A stretch of 64,000 nucleotides of DNA from Candidatus Omnitrophota bacterium. Lineage in GTDB: Bacteria > Omnitrophota > Omnitrophia > Omnitrophales > Aquincolibacteriaceae. Within the stretch, counting starts at the first letter, position 1, and the number at the start of each line of letters is the position of its first letter. Position numbers and translations under genes: made by a program. The DNA is taken from positions 2,186 through 66,185 of the forward strand of contig JAHFHF010000007.1 in the NCBI GenBank assembly GCA_023247055.1, given 5' to 3'. Shown here in pieces: positions 1-9,388 of the stretch. The notes beneath the pieces were generated by a model. That model saw nothing but the letters and a program-made list of their open reading frames with translations. It made no database searches and was not told where the DNA came from.

Positions 1-147
1 CAAACGGCAGGTTTTTTTGCGGAAGAAACGCCCGCCACCGCCGCCAGGACGTCCGTCACGGTCTCTTTTCGGCCGGCCGCCGAATTTACCCCCGGCCCCA
101 CGCTGGGGAGGACGATCACCCATTGGACGACTGCTTTCAGTTCTCAT
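1..147 (-). CDS. rpsR: 30S ribosomal protein S18 (bS18), N-terminal part; gene runs off the window start
   Basis: Minus-strand translation from the ATG at 147..145 gives MRTESSRPMGDRPPQRGAGGKFGGRPKRDRDGRPGGGGGRFFRKKTCRL, matching the S18 arginine/glycine-rich N-terminus and the FRRRKFCRF motif. Sits in the conserved rpsF-ssb-rpsR order. Confidence 0.7.
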   Translation of the reverse strand, partial: MRTESSRPMGDRPPQRGAGGKFGGRPKRDRDGRPGGGGGRFFRKKTCRL

Positions 148-240
148 GTCTTACCTCACCTTTACAATAGTTAAATGCAGGGACAAGTCCATGCTTTTGG
201 ACCTGTCCCTAAAACGAGTCAGAATTTTACAGAACTCAAG

Positions 241-708
241 TTAAAAGGGAACTTCTTCATCCGGACGAAGCTCATCTTTCGAGATGGGAATCGAGGGGTT
301 GGACGAAGGTTCGTCAAATGCGGCCGGACTTTCATCCGGAAACGCCTCTGAGTCGCTGCGGGATTTTGCGCCGCCGGCAGTCCCCAAAAATTGCACGCTC
401 TGCGCCACGACTTCAATCGTGGAACGTTTCGTGCCGTCCTGGGCTTCCCAGCTGCGGCTTTGCAGGCGGCCTTCCACAAACACCGGACGTCCTTTTTTCA
501 GGTACTCATTGCAAATTTCCGCAAGCTTGCCCCAGACCACAATGCGGATAAAACTGACTTCTTCTTTTTTCTCGCCGGTTTGGCCCGTATAGCTGCGGTT
601 GACGGCCACCGTGAAAGAGGTGACCGGCTGACCGGAGGGGATATAACGCAATTCAGGATCACGCGTCAAATTACCCATCAACAAAACTTTATTGAAACTG
701 GCGGCCAT
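241..708 (-). CDS. ssb: single-stranded DNA-binding protein
   Basis: 155 aa with an OB-fold N-terminal region and the acidic C-terminal tail DEEVPF typical of SSB. Lies between rpsF and rpsR. Confidence 0.9.
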   Translation of the reverse strand: MAASFNKVLLMGNLTRDPELRYIPSGQPVTSFTVAVNRSYTGQTGEKKEEVSFIRIVVWGKLAEICNEYLKKGRPVFVEGRLQSRSWEAQDGTKRSTIEVVAQSVQFLGTAGGAKSRSDSEAFPDESPAAFDEPSSNPSIPISKDELRPDEEVPF

Positions 709-713
709 AAATT

Positions 714-1076
714 TTAGGAAGCAGCGGCGGGCTCAGGCTTGGCCGCAGCAGCGCTCTTTTTAATTTTCTTTTTCTTGGGTTTAATGGCTTTGACGATTTT
801 AAGGGTAATCATGAACTTGAGCACATCGGCTTCAAGCAAAAGTCCCCGTTCAATTTCACGGACAGCGGCTGGAGCCGCGTCAAAGTCATAAACCACAAAA
901 TAGCCATCGCGATTTTTCTTAATCGCATAGCCAATTTGCTTTTTACCCCACTCCGCCTTATTGCGGATGGCGCCCCCGTGCTTGGCCACGAGCCCTTCAA
1001 AAAACTCCAGGTGCTTCTTACGGGCTTCGACCGTGGCTTCGGGCACAAAAATAATCAAACCTTCATACAATCTCAT
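714..1076 (-). CDS. rpsF: 30S ribosomal protein S6
   Basis: MRLYEGLIIFVPEATVE... is the canonical bS6 N-terminus, with a lysine/alanine-rich tail. Start taken at the internal ATG (1076) rather than the ORF-track start at 1115. Confidence 0.85.
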   Translation of the reverse strand: MRLYEGLIIFVPEATVEARKKHLEFFEGLVAKHGGAIRNKAEWGKKQIGYAIKKNRDGYFVVYDFDAAPAAVREIERGLLLEADVLKFMITLKIVKAIKPKKKKIKKSAAAAKPEPAAAS

Positions 1077-1172
1077 GGAGGACTCCTTAATCGAACGATT
1101 TAAAAATGGGCACACACTTTAACATATCCCCAAGGCTGAGGCAAGTAAAGGATGCGGGGCTTTAAAAATACC

Positions 1173-1781
1173 CTAACTCTTTGGCACTCTTTGATTTACA
1201 GCATTCATAGCGCGCTCCATCGGCCCTTCGGCCCAAAGACGGCAAACGTCACCCGCGCGTTTTAAAAATTCCGGCATGACCGCTTCTTCTGCGGCGCTGA
1301 ACAGATCCAGTACATAATCGTGCAGGGCCTCAGAGACATCTTCGGAATCAGCGGGCATTTGGGTGCCCGGTTTCCCGATGCCCATGCGCAGGCGGGCATA
1401 TTTCTCGCTTCCCAGCGCCTGGGCCACCGATTTAAGCCCGTTATGCCCGCCCGAACTTCCCTGCCCGCGCAGCCGCAGCATGCCAAAAGGCAAAGCCGCG
1501 TCATCGACCACAATCAAAAAATCAGAGGCCGGATCCGCAGGATACTGCGCCTTGATTTTCCGGACCGCGTCGCCGGAGAGATTCATAAAAACTTCCGGAT
1601 AAATCAAGCACACCGTTTCCGCGCCCCAGGAAGTTTCGGCGCGCAGTGATGCGATTTTCTTCTCGCGTTTGAAAACGGCTTTTGCCTGCGCTGCCATAAA
1701 CTCGATCAGCGCGCGGCCGATATTGTGCCGCGTCCGTTGATAGCGCACGCCGGGATTTCCCAAGCCGATGATCAATTTCAT
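1173..1781 (-). CDS. pth: peptidyl-tRNA hydrolase
   Basis: MKLIIGLGNPGVRYQRTRHNIG... plus the GGHNGLKS motif. Conserved glmU-prs-rplY-pth cluster. Confidence 0.9.
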   Translation of the reverse strand: MKLIIGLGNPGVRYQRTRHNIGRALIEFMAAQAKAVFKREKKIASLRAETSWGAETVCLIYPEVFMNLSGDAVRKIKAQYPADPASDFLIVVDDAALPFGMLRLRGQGSSGGHNGLKSVAQALGSEKYARLRMGIGKPGTQMPADSEDVSEALHDYVLDLFSAAEEAVMPEFLKRAGDVCRLWAEGPMERAMNAVNQRVPKS

Positions 1782-1841
1782 AAAATACAGAGCGCTTTCC
1801 CAAACAGGAAAGCGCTCTGTCCTTCGTGTGCGATTCGCCGG

Positions 1842-2555
1842 TTATTTCTTGGCTTCAGGCTTTTTGGCTTCCGGTTTTTTACCGGCCTCGGGAGCGGCTT
1901 CTTCGCCTTCCGCCGGTTTCTTGCCCTTCTCAATGACTTCCGGTTCTGTTGCCGCGGTTTCATCCGTCACTTCCGCCGCTTTCTCTTCTTTGATGGCGTG
2001 AACGGCCACAACTACTTCATCCGCAGCCAGAAGACAGGTCACGCCTTCCGGCAGATTCAACTGGCTGGCATGCACCAGGTCATTGATTTTCATGCCCTTG
2101 GCATCGACGACAATGGCTTCAGGAATCTGGGTCGGCAAACACTCGACTTTAATCGTGTGATGGACCACATCCAGAACGCCGCCTTCTTTAATGCCGGGCG
2201 CTTCTTCCGTGTTAATCACTTCAAGACGCACATCGACCTGAATCTTTTCGGTCATGGAAATGACAGTAAAATCAACGTGATCAATTTCGTCGGTCACGGG
2301 ATTGTGCTGGATGTCCTTGACGAGGCAGGTGGATTCTTTCATCTTCGTGCCCTCAAGCTGCAAGTTTATGATGACGTTGATGCCGCTTTTGGTATGCAGC
2401 GTGCTGAGCAGGTTCTTTTTCAGCACCTCGAGTGAAAGCGGCTCCATGCCGTGGCCGTAAACGACCGCCGGTATTTTACCCGCGCGCCGCAGGGCCCTCG
2501 ATTTTTTGGACCCTTTCAGGTCGCGTTTGTTGACATTAAGATTGATAATCTGCAT
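1842..2555 (-). CDS. rplY: 50S ribosomal protein L25 / general stress protein Ctc
   Basis: 237 aa. MQIINLNVNKRDLKGSKKSRALRRAGKIPAVVYGHG is the bL25/Ctc N-terminus. C-terminal extension is rich in Ala, Glu, Pro and Lys. Confidence 0.85.
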   Translation of the reverse strand: MQIINLNVNKRDLKGSKKSRALRRAGKIPAVVYGHGMEPLSLEVLKKNLLSTLHTKSGINVIINLQLEGTKMKESTCLVKDIQHNPVTDEIDHVDFTVISMTEKIQVDVRLEVINTEEAPGIKEGGVLDVVHHTIKVECLPTQIPEAIVVDAKGMKINDLVHASQLNLPEGVTCLLAADEVVVAVHAIKEEKAAEVTDETAATEPEVIEKGKKPAEGEEAAPEAGKKPEAKKPEAKK

Positions 2556-2598
2556 TGAAGTATCCTCCGTTGAATTTTGAAATGATTGCTAAATTTAT

Positions 2599-2676
2599 AT
2601 TTGTCATTGCACGGCGGCGTTTTAGTAAGGCCGAAGCAATCTCGGAGATTGCTTCGCTTCGCTCGCAATGACAAAA
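2599..2676. repeat. palindromic repeat element, family A copy 1 (TTTGTCATTGC...GCAATGACAAA), between rplY and prs
   Basis: Terminal inverted repeats TTTGTCATTGC / GCAATGACAAA. Internal palindrome AAGGCCGAAGCAATCTCGGAGATTGCTTCG. Confidence 0.8.
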
Positions 2677-2679
2677 GCT

Positions 2680-3657
2680 TTAAGCTTCTACACCCACCTT
2701 GGAAAAAAGCGAACTGACCGACTCATTTTGATGAATGCGGCGGATCGCCTCTGAAAGCAGCGTCGCGACGGAAAGCTGCACGATCTTCGGGGTCTTTTTT
2801 TCCGGCCCCAGCGGAATCGAGTTCGAGACGATTAATTCTTTAATGTCTGAGTTTTTAATGCGTTCAATCGCCGGGCCGGCCAGCACAGGATGCACGATGG
2901 CCGCATAAATATCCAGCGCGCCCGCATCCTTCAGGGCCTTGGCCGCTTCGACCAGCGAACCCGCCGTGGAAACGAGGTCGTCGACCACAATCACGTTTTT
3001 GCCTTCCACGGAACCGATGATATTCATCACATGCGTGCGCGTGGCATCCTCGCGGCGTTTATCGACGATCGCGAGCGGACAATCCAGCAATTTGGAATAA
3101 GCGCGCGCCATGCGCACGCCGCCGATATCCGGTGAAACCACCACCGCATTCTGGATATTCTTTTTCGAAAGATACGTGCCTGTCACGTTGATGGAATACA
3201 GATGGTCCACCGGGATATCAAAGAACCCCTGAATCTGCCCTGAGTGCAGGTCCATCGTAAGCACACGGTTCGCGCCGGCGGTCGTGATTAAATTGGCCAC
3301 CAGCTTGGCCGTAATCGGAACACGCGGTTTGTCTTTACGGTCCTGGCGTGCATAGCCGAAAAATGGCAGCACGGCTGTGATGCGTTTGGCGGAGGCCCGG
3401 CGCGCGGCATCGATCAACACCAGCAGTTCCATCAGATAATCGTTGGGATGCGTGCAAGTCGATTGAATGATGAAAATATCTTTGCCGCGGATATTTTCAC
3501 AAATCTGAACGTGAATTTCGCCTTCCGGAAAACGGTCGCAGATGACATTGGCCGGATGCACCCCGAGTTGATCAGCGATTTCATGCGTAAGCCCGGGGTT
3601 GGAATTGCCCCCGAGAATAATCAAAGAATTGTTCGCCGCTGATGGAAACTTAAACAT
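2680..3657 (-). CDS. prs: ribose-phosphate pyrophosphokinase (PRPP synthetase)
   Basis: 325 aa with the PRPP-binding loop VVDDLVSTAGS and the typical Prs N-terminus. Confidence 0.9.
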   Translation of the reverse strand: MFKFPSAANNSLIILGGNSNPGLTHEIADQLGVHPANVICDRFPEGEIHVQICENIRGKDIFIIQSTCTHPNDYLMELLVLIDAARRASAKRITAVLPFFGYARQDRKDKPRVPITAKLVANLITTAGANRVLTMDLHSGQIQGFFDIPVDHLYSINVTGTYLSKKNIQNAVVVSPDIGGVRMARAYSKLLDCPLAIVDKRREDATRTHVMNIIGSVEGKNVIVVDDLVSTAGSLVEAAKALKDAGALDIYAAIVHPVLAGPAIERIKNSDIKELIVSNSIPLGPEKKTPKIVQLSVATLLSEAIRRIHQNESVSSLFSKVGVEA

Positions 3658-3669
3658 AGTATGGATTCC

Positions 3670-4935
3670 TTATTTTTTTCTTTTAACGGTTTTAGCCGGC
3701 ACGCCTACGGCGGTTTCACCGCGGCGCACATGGCTGCCGGCCGTCACAACGGCGCCGGCGCCGGTCTTGGCATGATCGCCGATCTGAACCGGAGCAATCA
3801 GTACCGTATTGGACCCGATAAACGCTTTCTTCCCGATGCGCGTCGCATGTTTATGGACGCCGTCGTAATTGGCCGTAATCGAACCGGCGCCGATATTGGC
3901 GCCATCCCCGATCACGGCATCCCCTAAATATGCAAGGTGTTTAACCAAGACGGCCTTGCCGAGTTTCGAACGGTTGACTTCCACAAACGAACCCACGACG
4001 GCGCCGTCACCGAGCACGCTGCCCGAACGGATTTTTGCAAACGGACCGATTTGGCAGCCGCGGCCAATCTTCACATTGCCTTCGATGTAGCACCAGGGAT
4101 AAATGACCGTATCCTGGCCGATTTTGACACCGGCCGCCACAAACGTCTGCTCGGGCGCTTCGAATGTCACGCCCTGCGCCATGTGGCGCTGAATTTCACG
4201 GTTTTTCATAACTTGAATGGCCTTGGCCAAATCTTCCCGCGAATTGATGCCCTGGCCTTCCTGCGGTGCGGCCAAAGGGAACGCCTGAACGTCCATGCCT
4301 TCAGCGGCCAGAATTTCAATCGTATCGGTTAAATAATATTCCGCTTTGCGATTCGCCGGTTTGAGTTTGCGCAAGGCCCGGAAAAGGGCCGGCGCCTTAA
4401 ACAGGTAAACCCCAGTATTCACTTCTTGAATCCGCCGTTCAGCTTCCGAAGCATCCAGTTCTTCACGGATGCCGATGAAACGCCCGCCTGCCCGTAAGAT
4501 GCGTCCATAGCCATGCGGGTCAGGAACAACACACGATAAGACGCTGACGCTGCTGCCGGTCTGACGGTGTTCGGCCATAAACCGCTTAAGCGTTTCGGTT
4601 TTAAGCAGCGGCATATCTCCCGGCCAGATCAGGACGTCGCCGCGGCTTTTGCGCAAGGACGGCACCGTCATCCGCACCGCATGCCCCGTGCCTTTTTGCT
4701 GCGCCTGCAGAACCGGAATACTCGATTGTCCAAAAAGCTTGCTGGCCTGTTTTAAAAACGACCGCACTTGATCCGCTTGATTGCCCACCACGACCCGCGG
4801 CCTTTTGACGCCAAGATCCGCCAACGTTTTCAGCGTATGCCCGAGTACCGGAAGACCCAGAATGGGATGCAAAACTTTGACAAGACCGGAACGCATCCGC
4901 GTTCCCTTGCCGGCCGCCAGCAAAACAGCGTCCAT
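3670..4935 (-). CDS. glmU: bifunctional UDP-N-acetylglucosamine pyrophosphorylase / glucosamine-1-phosphate N-acetyltransferase
   Basis: N-terminal nucleotidyltransferase signature LLAAGKGTRM. C-terminal left-handed beta-helix hexapeptide repeats. Start ATG overlaps the stop of the upstream permease (TAATG). Confidence 0.85.
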   Translation of the reverse strand: MDAVLLAAGKGTRMRSGLVKVLHPILGLPVLGHTLKTLADLGVKRPRVVVGNQADQVRSFLKQASKLFGQSSIPVLQAQQKGTGHAVRMTVPSLRKSRGDVLIWPGDMPLLKTETLKRFMAEHRQTGSSVSVLSCVVPDPHGYGRILRAGGRFIGIREELDASEAERRIQEVNTGVYLFKAPALFRALRKLKPANRKAEYYLTDTIEILAAEGMDVQAFPLAAPQEGQGINSREDLAKAIQVMKNREIQRHMAQGVTFEAPEQTFVAAGVKIGQDTVIYPWCYIEGNVKIGRGCQIGPFAKIRSGSVLGDGAVVGSFVEVNRSKLGKAVLVKHLAYLGDAVIGDGANIGAGSITANYDGVHKHATRIGKKAFIGSNTVLIAPVQIGDHAKTGAGAVVTAGSHVRRGETAVGVPAKTVKRKK

Positions 4936-5801
4936 TATCCCTTGATTCCCGAAAGCTTGATTCCTTCCACAAAAAAGCGCTGGTTAAACATAAAGACAAG
5001 CAGGATCGGCAGAATCATCATCAGCGATCCGGCCATCAACAGCGTCCAGTCCGTGCCGTGCAGGCTTTGAAAATAAGCCAAACCGATCGGCAGCGTAAAT
5101 TTCTCATGCGTATTCATCACGATCAACGGCCACATGAAACTCATCCAGGAGCCCATGAAAGTAAACGTCGTCAGAGTCGCCAGCGCCGGTTTGGAAAGCG
5201 GCAGAATAATCCGCCAAAAAATACCGGTGTAAGAACAGCCGTCGATTTTGGCCGCATCTTCCAGATCGCGCGGCAAGGTCATGAAAAATTGCCGCAGCAT
5301 GAACGTGCCGTAAGCCGTAAACATCGACGGCAGAATCATGGCCTTGAAGGTGTCCACCCAGCCCAGCTTTTCGAGCAAAATAAAAACCGGAATCATGGTC
5401 ACGGCGCCCGGCACCATCATGGTCGCCAAATAAGCAAAGAACAAACGGTCGCGGCCCGGAAAACGCAGGCGCGCAAAGGAGTAGGCGGCCATGGCGCTTG
5501 TCGCCACTTGCCCCAGCGTAATCGCAAACGAAACAAAAATCGAATTTAGATAAAATTTTGCAAAGGGCACCACATGCCAGGCCTGCACGTAGTTCTGCCA
5601 GACAAACTTCGTGGGAATCCATTCGGACCACCAGACCTTGGAATAAGAGAACACATCGCCCGGATTTTTAAGCGACGTGGAAACCATCCAAAGAAACGGG
5701 CCGACCATCGTCACGGCGCCGATCGTTAAAAAAATATACGCGCCGGTCTTTTTGACGAACTGCCGCTGGCGGTGTCTGCGCTTGAGTTGTTCAGCGTTCA
5801 T
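4935..5801 (-). CDS. carbohydrate ABC transporter permease (MalG/UgpE-like)
   Basis: Six-TM BPD_transp_1 architecture with an EAA-like loop (DAAKIDGCSYTGIFWRIILP). Start moved to the internal ATG at 5801, which abuts the upstream permease stop. Confidence 0.75.
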   Translation of the reverse strand: MNAEQLKRRHRQRQFVKKTGAYIFLTIGAVTMVGPFLWMVSTSLKNPGDVFSYSKVWWSEWIPTKFVWQNYVQAWHVVPFAKFYLNSIFVSFAITLGQVATSAMAAYSFARLRFPGRDRLFFAYLATMMVPGAVTMIPVFILLEKLGWVDTFKAMILPSMFTAYGTFMLRQFFMTLPRDLEDAAKIDGCSYTGIFWRIILPLSKPALATLTTFTFMGSWMSFMWPLIVMNTHEKFTLPIGLAYFQSLHGTDWTLLMAGSLMMILPILLVFMFNQRFFVEGIKLSGIKG

Positions 5802-5803
5802 GT

Positions 5804-6715
5804 TTAGTAGTGAACCGTGCGGCCGTAAAAACGCCACTGCAAAATCGTGAACATAAAAACAATGACAAAGAGCACCCAAGCGATCGCGGCCGCGTAACCC
5901 ATCTGGTTCCAGCTGAAGGCGCTGTTATAAAGGTAATAAATCAAAGTCGTGGTCGAGCCGTTGGGACCGCCGCCGGTCATCACGTACGCCGGGTCAAAAC
6001 CCGCTTGAAAACCGCCGATGACACTCATGATGGCGATAAAAAAAGTCGTCGGTGAAATCTGCGGCCAGGTCACGGCCCAAAATTTATGCCAGCTGTTGGC
6101 GCCGTCGACTTCGGCCGCATCATAAAAATCACGCGGCACACCCTGTAGTGCCGCCAGATAAAGCACCATGTTGTAACCGCCCACGGTCTGCCAAACGCCC
6201 ATGATGATCAACGCCGGCTTGGACCAGGCCTCATCGTGCAGCCAGTAAGGCCCCTTCAGCGTCAGCCCCACCATCTCCCCGGCCTTGGCGATCATCATAT
6301 TCAAAACGCCGAAGTCCGGATTATAGATCAGCTTCCACAGCATGTAGATGGCCACGCCGGAGCAGATCGTCGGCAGAAAATAAAGCGTGCGAAAAACCAC
6401 AATGCCTTTTAATTTCTGGTTCAACGCCAGCGCCAGAATCAGCGACCCCGCCATGCTGAGCGGAATGCTGAGCATCATAAAAACCGTGTTATAGGAATAC
6501 TTCCAAAACAATTCGTCTTGAAAAAGCTGGATGAAATTATCCACGCCGACAAAAACCGGCGGGCCTGAAAGCGCGTCCCACTTGCAAAAACTTAAAACCA
6601 AAGACGCCATCACGGGCAGTGACGTAAACAGCAGAAAGCCGAGTAAATTAGGCGTCAGAAAGCCGTAAGCCGCTATCGTCTCTTTGGTCTGCGCCTTCAT
6701 GAAAAACTTCTTCAT
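5804..6715 (-). CDS. carbohydrate ABC transporter permease (MalF/UgpA-like)
   Basis: 303 aa multi-TM protein with an EAA motif ([20 protein letters not shown]). Adjacent to the partner permease; no ATPase or substrate-binding protein gene nearby. Confidence 0.75.
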   Translation of the reverse strand: MKKFFMKAQTKETIAAYGFLTPNLLGFLLFTSLPVMASLVLSFCKWDALSGPPVFVGVDNFIQLFQDELFWKYSYNTVFMMLSIPLSMAGSLILALALNQKLKGIVVFRTLYFLPTICSGVAIYMLWKLIYNPDFGVLNMMIAKAGEMVGLTLKGPYWLHDEAWSKPALIIMGVWQTVGGYNMVLYLAALQGVPRDFYDAAEVDGANSWHKFWAVTWPQISPTTFFIAIMSVIGGFQAGFDPAYVMTGGGPNGSTTTLIYYLYNSAFSWNQMGYAAAIAWVLFVIVFMFTILQWRFYGRTVHY

Positions 6716-7956
6716 GCCGTTTTAACCATCTCACGCGGCTTGAAAATAGGCGCTCCTTTGCCTTCCACGACGTCACGCGTAATCACACAGCGCGCCACAT
6801 CCGCTTCGGAGGGAATCTCGTACATGATGTCGAGCATCAGGGTCTCAAGAATCGCCCGCAAGGCCCGCGCCCCCGTGCCTTTCTTCATGGCCCGCACGGC
6901 AATTTCACGCAGCGCGTCGGGCATAAATTCCAATTCGGAACCTTCCATTTCAAAGAGCCGCTGATATTGCTTAATCAAGGCGTTCTGCGGTTCGGTCAGG
7001 ACGCGCACAAGATCATCTTCGGAAAGGCCTTGCAGCGTCGACACCATCGGAAAACGGCCGATGAATTCAGGAATAAACCCAAACTCAAGCAGGTCTTCGG
7101 TTTCAACCAGCGAAAGCAAATTGCGTTCCGCGCGTATATCTTCGGCCTGCGGCTCAAAAGGCCGGAAGCCCATGGATTTATTGGAAATGCGGCGCTCCAC
7201 AATTTTTTCCAGATTCGCAAAAGTCCCGCCGCAGATAAAAAGAATGTTGCGCGTGTTAACCTGAATGTACTCCTGCTGCGGATGCTTGCGCCCGCCCTGC
7301 GGGGGCACATTGGCCGTCGTCCCTTCCAGAATTTTCAGCAGGGCCTGCTGCACGCCCTCGCCGGAGACATCGCGCGTAATCGAAACGTTCTGCGACGTGC
7401 GCGCAATTTTATCGATTTCATCGATGTAAATAATGCCGAGTTCAGCGCGTTTGACGTCAAAATTCGCGACCTGGAGCAGGCGCAGCAGGACGTTTTCAAC
7501 GTCTTCACCGACATAGCCCGCCTCCGTCAGGGACGTAGCATCGGCAATCGCAAACGGAACATCCAAAAGTTTGGCCAGTGTGCGCGCAAAAAGCGTTTTA
7601 CCAGAACCCGTGGGCCCGATGAGCAGCACATTGCTTTTTTCGAGTTCAACCGCCTGGTCTTTGGCGGGCGCATTAATCCGTTTGTAATGATTATGCACAC
7701 TGACGGCCAGCTGCCGCTTCGCGCGTTCCTGTCCGACCACATAGCGGTCGAGATAAGTTTTGATCTCGCGCGGTTTGAGTACATGCGGCGGACCTTCGAG
7801 GTCACGCGGCCGCGCCGTTTGAAAATTATCTTTATCGAGAATATCACTGCAAATGCGAATGCAGATGTCGCAAATGTAAACGCCGGGTCCGGAAAAAATC
7901 TTCCGCACTTCCTTGCGTTTATCGCGCCCGCAAAATGAACAACGTTCTGAAATCAT
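6712..7956 (-). CDS. clpX: ATP-dependent Clp protease ATP-binding subunit ClpX
   Basis: N-terminal C4 zinc finger (CSFCGR...CDIC), Walker A GPTGSGKT, and an AAA+ core with high similarity to ClpX. Confidence 0.95.
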   Translation of the reverse strand: MISERCSFCGRDKRKEVRKIFSGPGVYICDICIRICSDILDKDNFQTARPRDLEGPPHVLKPREIKTYLDRYVVGQERAKRQLAVSVHNHYKRINAPAKDQAVELEKSNVLLIGPTGSGKTLFARTLAKLLDVPFAIADATSLTEAGYVGEDVENVLLRLLQVANFDVKRAELGIIYIDEIDKIARTSQNVSITRDVSGEGVQQALLKILEGTTANVPPQGGRKHPQQEYIQVNTRNILFICGGTFANLEKIVERRISNKSMGFRPFEPQAEDIRAERNLLSLVETEDLLEFGFIPEFIGRFPMVSTLQGLSEDDLVRVLTEPQNALIKQYQRLFEMEGSELEFMPDALREIAVRAMKKGTGARALRAILETLMLDIMYEIPSEADVARCVITRDVVEGKGAPIFKPREMVKTA

Positions 7957-8092
7957 AAAATCCTTAATTTAAAATAATCGAAGCTTTCGATTCCTGCGTA
8001 GCTGTGCCGTCAAGGACATAGCGGCGTAAAACTGCCCAACCTGTTTGCCCGCCGCGCTTTTTAGCAGGAGCTCGATGGCACCTATTGCAAAT

Positions 8093-8163
8093 CTGCCCGA
8101 CCTGGGCTCGAACCAGGAATCTTGCCTCCAAAGGGCAGTGTGATACCATTTCACCATCGGGCA
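8093..8163 (-). tRNA. tRNA-Gln (anticodon UUG)
   Basis: Minus-strand sequence TGCCCGATGGTGAAATGGTATCACACTGCCCTTTGGAGGCAAGATTCCTGGTTCGAGCCCAGGTCGGGCAG folds as a cloverleaf: 7-bp acceptor stem with U1-A72, D arm GTGA/TCAC, anticodon loop CTTTGGA, T arm CCTGG-TTCGAGC-CCAGG. CCA is not encoded. Confidence 0.75.
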
Positions 8164-8343
8164 ATGATTTAAAACGTCGGGTTTTAAATCGGTTATAGTC
8201 CCAATGCATCAGCAGTGGGGCAATAAAGCAAAACATCACGTTTTGATTTGCTTATAGTCCCAGCGCATCGGCGATGGGGCAATGATTTAAAACGTCGGGT
8301 TTTAAATCGGTCATCGTCTCAACGCATCTGCGTTGAGGCAATG
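8161..8343. repeat. three tandem structured repeats directly upstream of tRNA-Gln, each with two hairpins and compensatory substitutions
   Basis: Units of about 60 nt. Hairpin 1: ATTTAAAAC-GTCGG-GTTTTAAAT. Hairpin 2 differs by copy: CCCAATGC..GCAGTGGG, then CCCAGCGC..GGCGATGGG, then CTCAACGCA-TC-TGCGTTGAG. Each unit ends GGGGCAAT-like, resembling the tRNA 5' acceptor end. Confidence 0.7.
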
Positions 8344-8351
8344 CACACGGA

Positions 8352-9224
8352 TCAATAAGAATGACAGACGATGACTTTTTGTTTTAATGCGTGCTTGATC
8401 CGCCGGGCAAAGGCTCGGGCCTCTTTCAGGCTGGGAAATACTGCAAAAACTGTGGGCCCGCTCCCCGACATGCGCACAAGCGGCACCCCCAAATCCACTG
8501 CTTTTCTGACCGTATTTTGGATGGCTGGCTGAAGCTGAAAAGCCGGTTTTTCTAAATCATTTTTAAGAATTTTGTCCGCTTCGACGAGCATTCCAGAGTC
8601 TAGAAAATGGGTGGCGATTCTAACAGTGCGTTCTAGCTTTGTCAAGGAAACGGCCGGAAGGTGGCGGGACAGTTTCCGGTAAACGTCGCTTGTACTTAAT
8701 CCACGATCAGAAACGATCAAAACAAACCATTTTTTAGCATGGCATTGCAAAGACTTAATTTTATCACCTCGACAGGTACCCAAAGCCTGGGTTGTCTCCG
8801 TTAAAAAGAAAGGAACGTCGGCTCCCAACCGGCCGCCGAGTTTCATCAGTTCACTCCGGTTGATCTTCAACCGGAACAATTTTTTCATGCCCAGCAGAAA
8901 GGCGGCGGCATTACCGGACCCCCCGCCCAATCCTGCCGCCACCGGAATGACCTTCTTTAAATACACGTCCACACCCGGGAGTTCAGGAAAGCATTTTTTC
9001 AATAGCCGGTAAGCCTTGGCCATAATATTACGTTCATCGCAGGGCACGGCCGGATGGCGGCAATGAATGACAAGGGCCTCACGTCGCGCTACGAGCCGTA
9101 GCGAATCGCAGACGGAAATACGGTGAAAAAGCGTCAGAAGCCGGTGATAGCCGTCAGGGTACCGGCCAAGAATACGCAAATCGAGATTAACTTTGGCGGG
9201 ACTGCGAAGGGAGAGAGAATTCAT
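8352..9224 (-). CDS. ispE: 4-diphosphocytidyl-2-C-methyl-D-erythritol kinase
   Basis: N-terminus PAKVNLDLRILG and GHMP-kinase ATP-binding motif PVAAGLGGGSGNAAA. Confidence 0.85.
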   Translation of the reverse strand: MNSLSLRSPAKVNLDLRILGRYPDGYHRLLTLFHRISVCDSLRLVARREALVIHCRHPAVPCDERNIMAKAYRLLKKCFPELPGVDVYLKKVIPVAAGLGGGSGNAAAFLLGMKKLFRLKINRSELMKLGGRLGADVPFFLTETTQALGTCRGDKIKSLQCHAKKWFVLIVSDRGLSTSDVYRKLSRHLPAVSLTKLERTVRIATHFLDSGMLVEADKILKNDLEKPAFQLQPAIQNTVRKAVDLGVPLVRMSGSGPTVFAVFPSLKEARAFARRIKHALKQKVIVCHSY

Positions 9225-9248
9225 AATACTAACGCCAACGGATTTTTC

Positions 9249-9352
9249 CTGTTTGTCATTGCGAGACAGGATACCAGTAAGGCCGAAGCCATCTTTCTGA
9301 TCGAGATTGCTTCGGCCTTAGAGTGGTCGCTGCCTCGCAACGACAAACAGGA
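9249..9352. repeat. family A palindromic element, copy 2, upstream of ispE
   Basis: CCTGTTTGTCATTGCGAG ... AAGGCCGAAGC...GCTTCGGCCTT ... CTCGCAACGACAAACAGG. Outer stem 18 bp, inner stem 11 bp. Confidence 0.8.
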
Positions 9353-9388
9353 AATACACAACGCACACAGCACTAGACGCTGGTTTAC

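Noticed and set aside
17-244. 75-aa plus-strand proline-rich ORF at the window start
   Set aside because: It is the antisense of the Gly/Arg-rich N-terminus of rpsR (S18), which is clearly encoded on the minus strand.
1725-2435. 236-aa plus-strand ORF overlapping rplY (and similar long antisense ORFs over clpX 6967..7938, gatA 15715..16200, gatB 13903..14325, hppA 61280..61990, SulP 53582..54061)
   Set aside because: Antisense shadows of confidently identified genes. No homology signal, Arg/His/Phe-rich low-complexity products.
8161-8343. Possible additional tRNA genes next to tRNA-Gln
   Set aside because: The units lack T-loop (GTTCGA/TTCRANT) and D-loop signatures, and cannot be folded into a cloverleaf. 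Treated as structured repeats instead.
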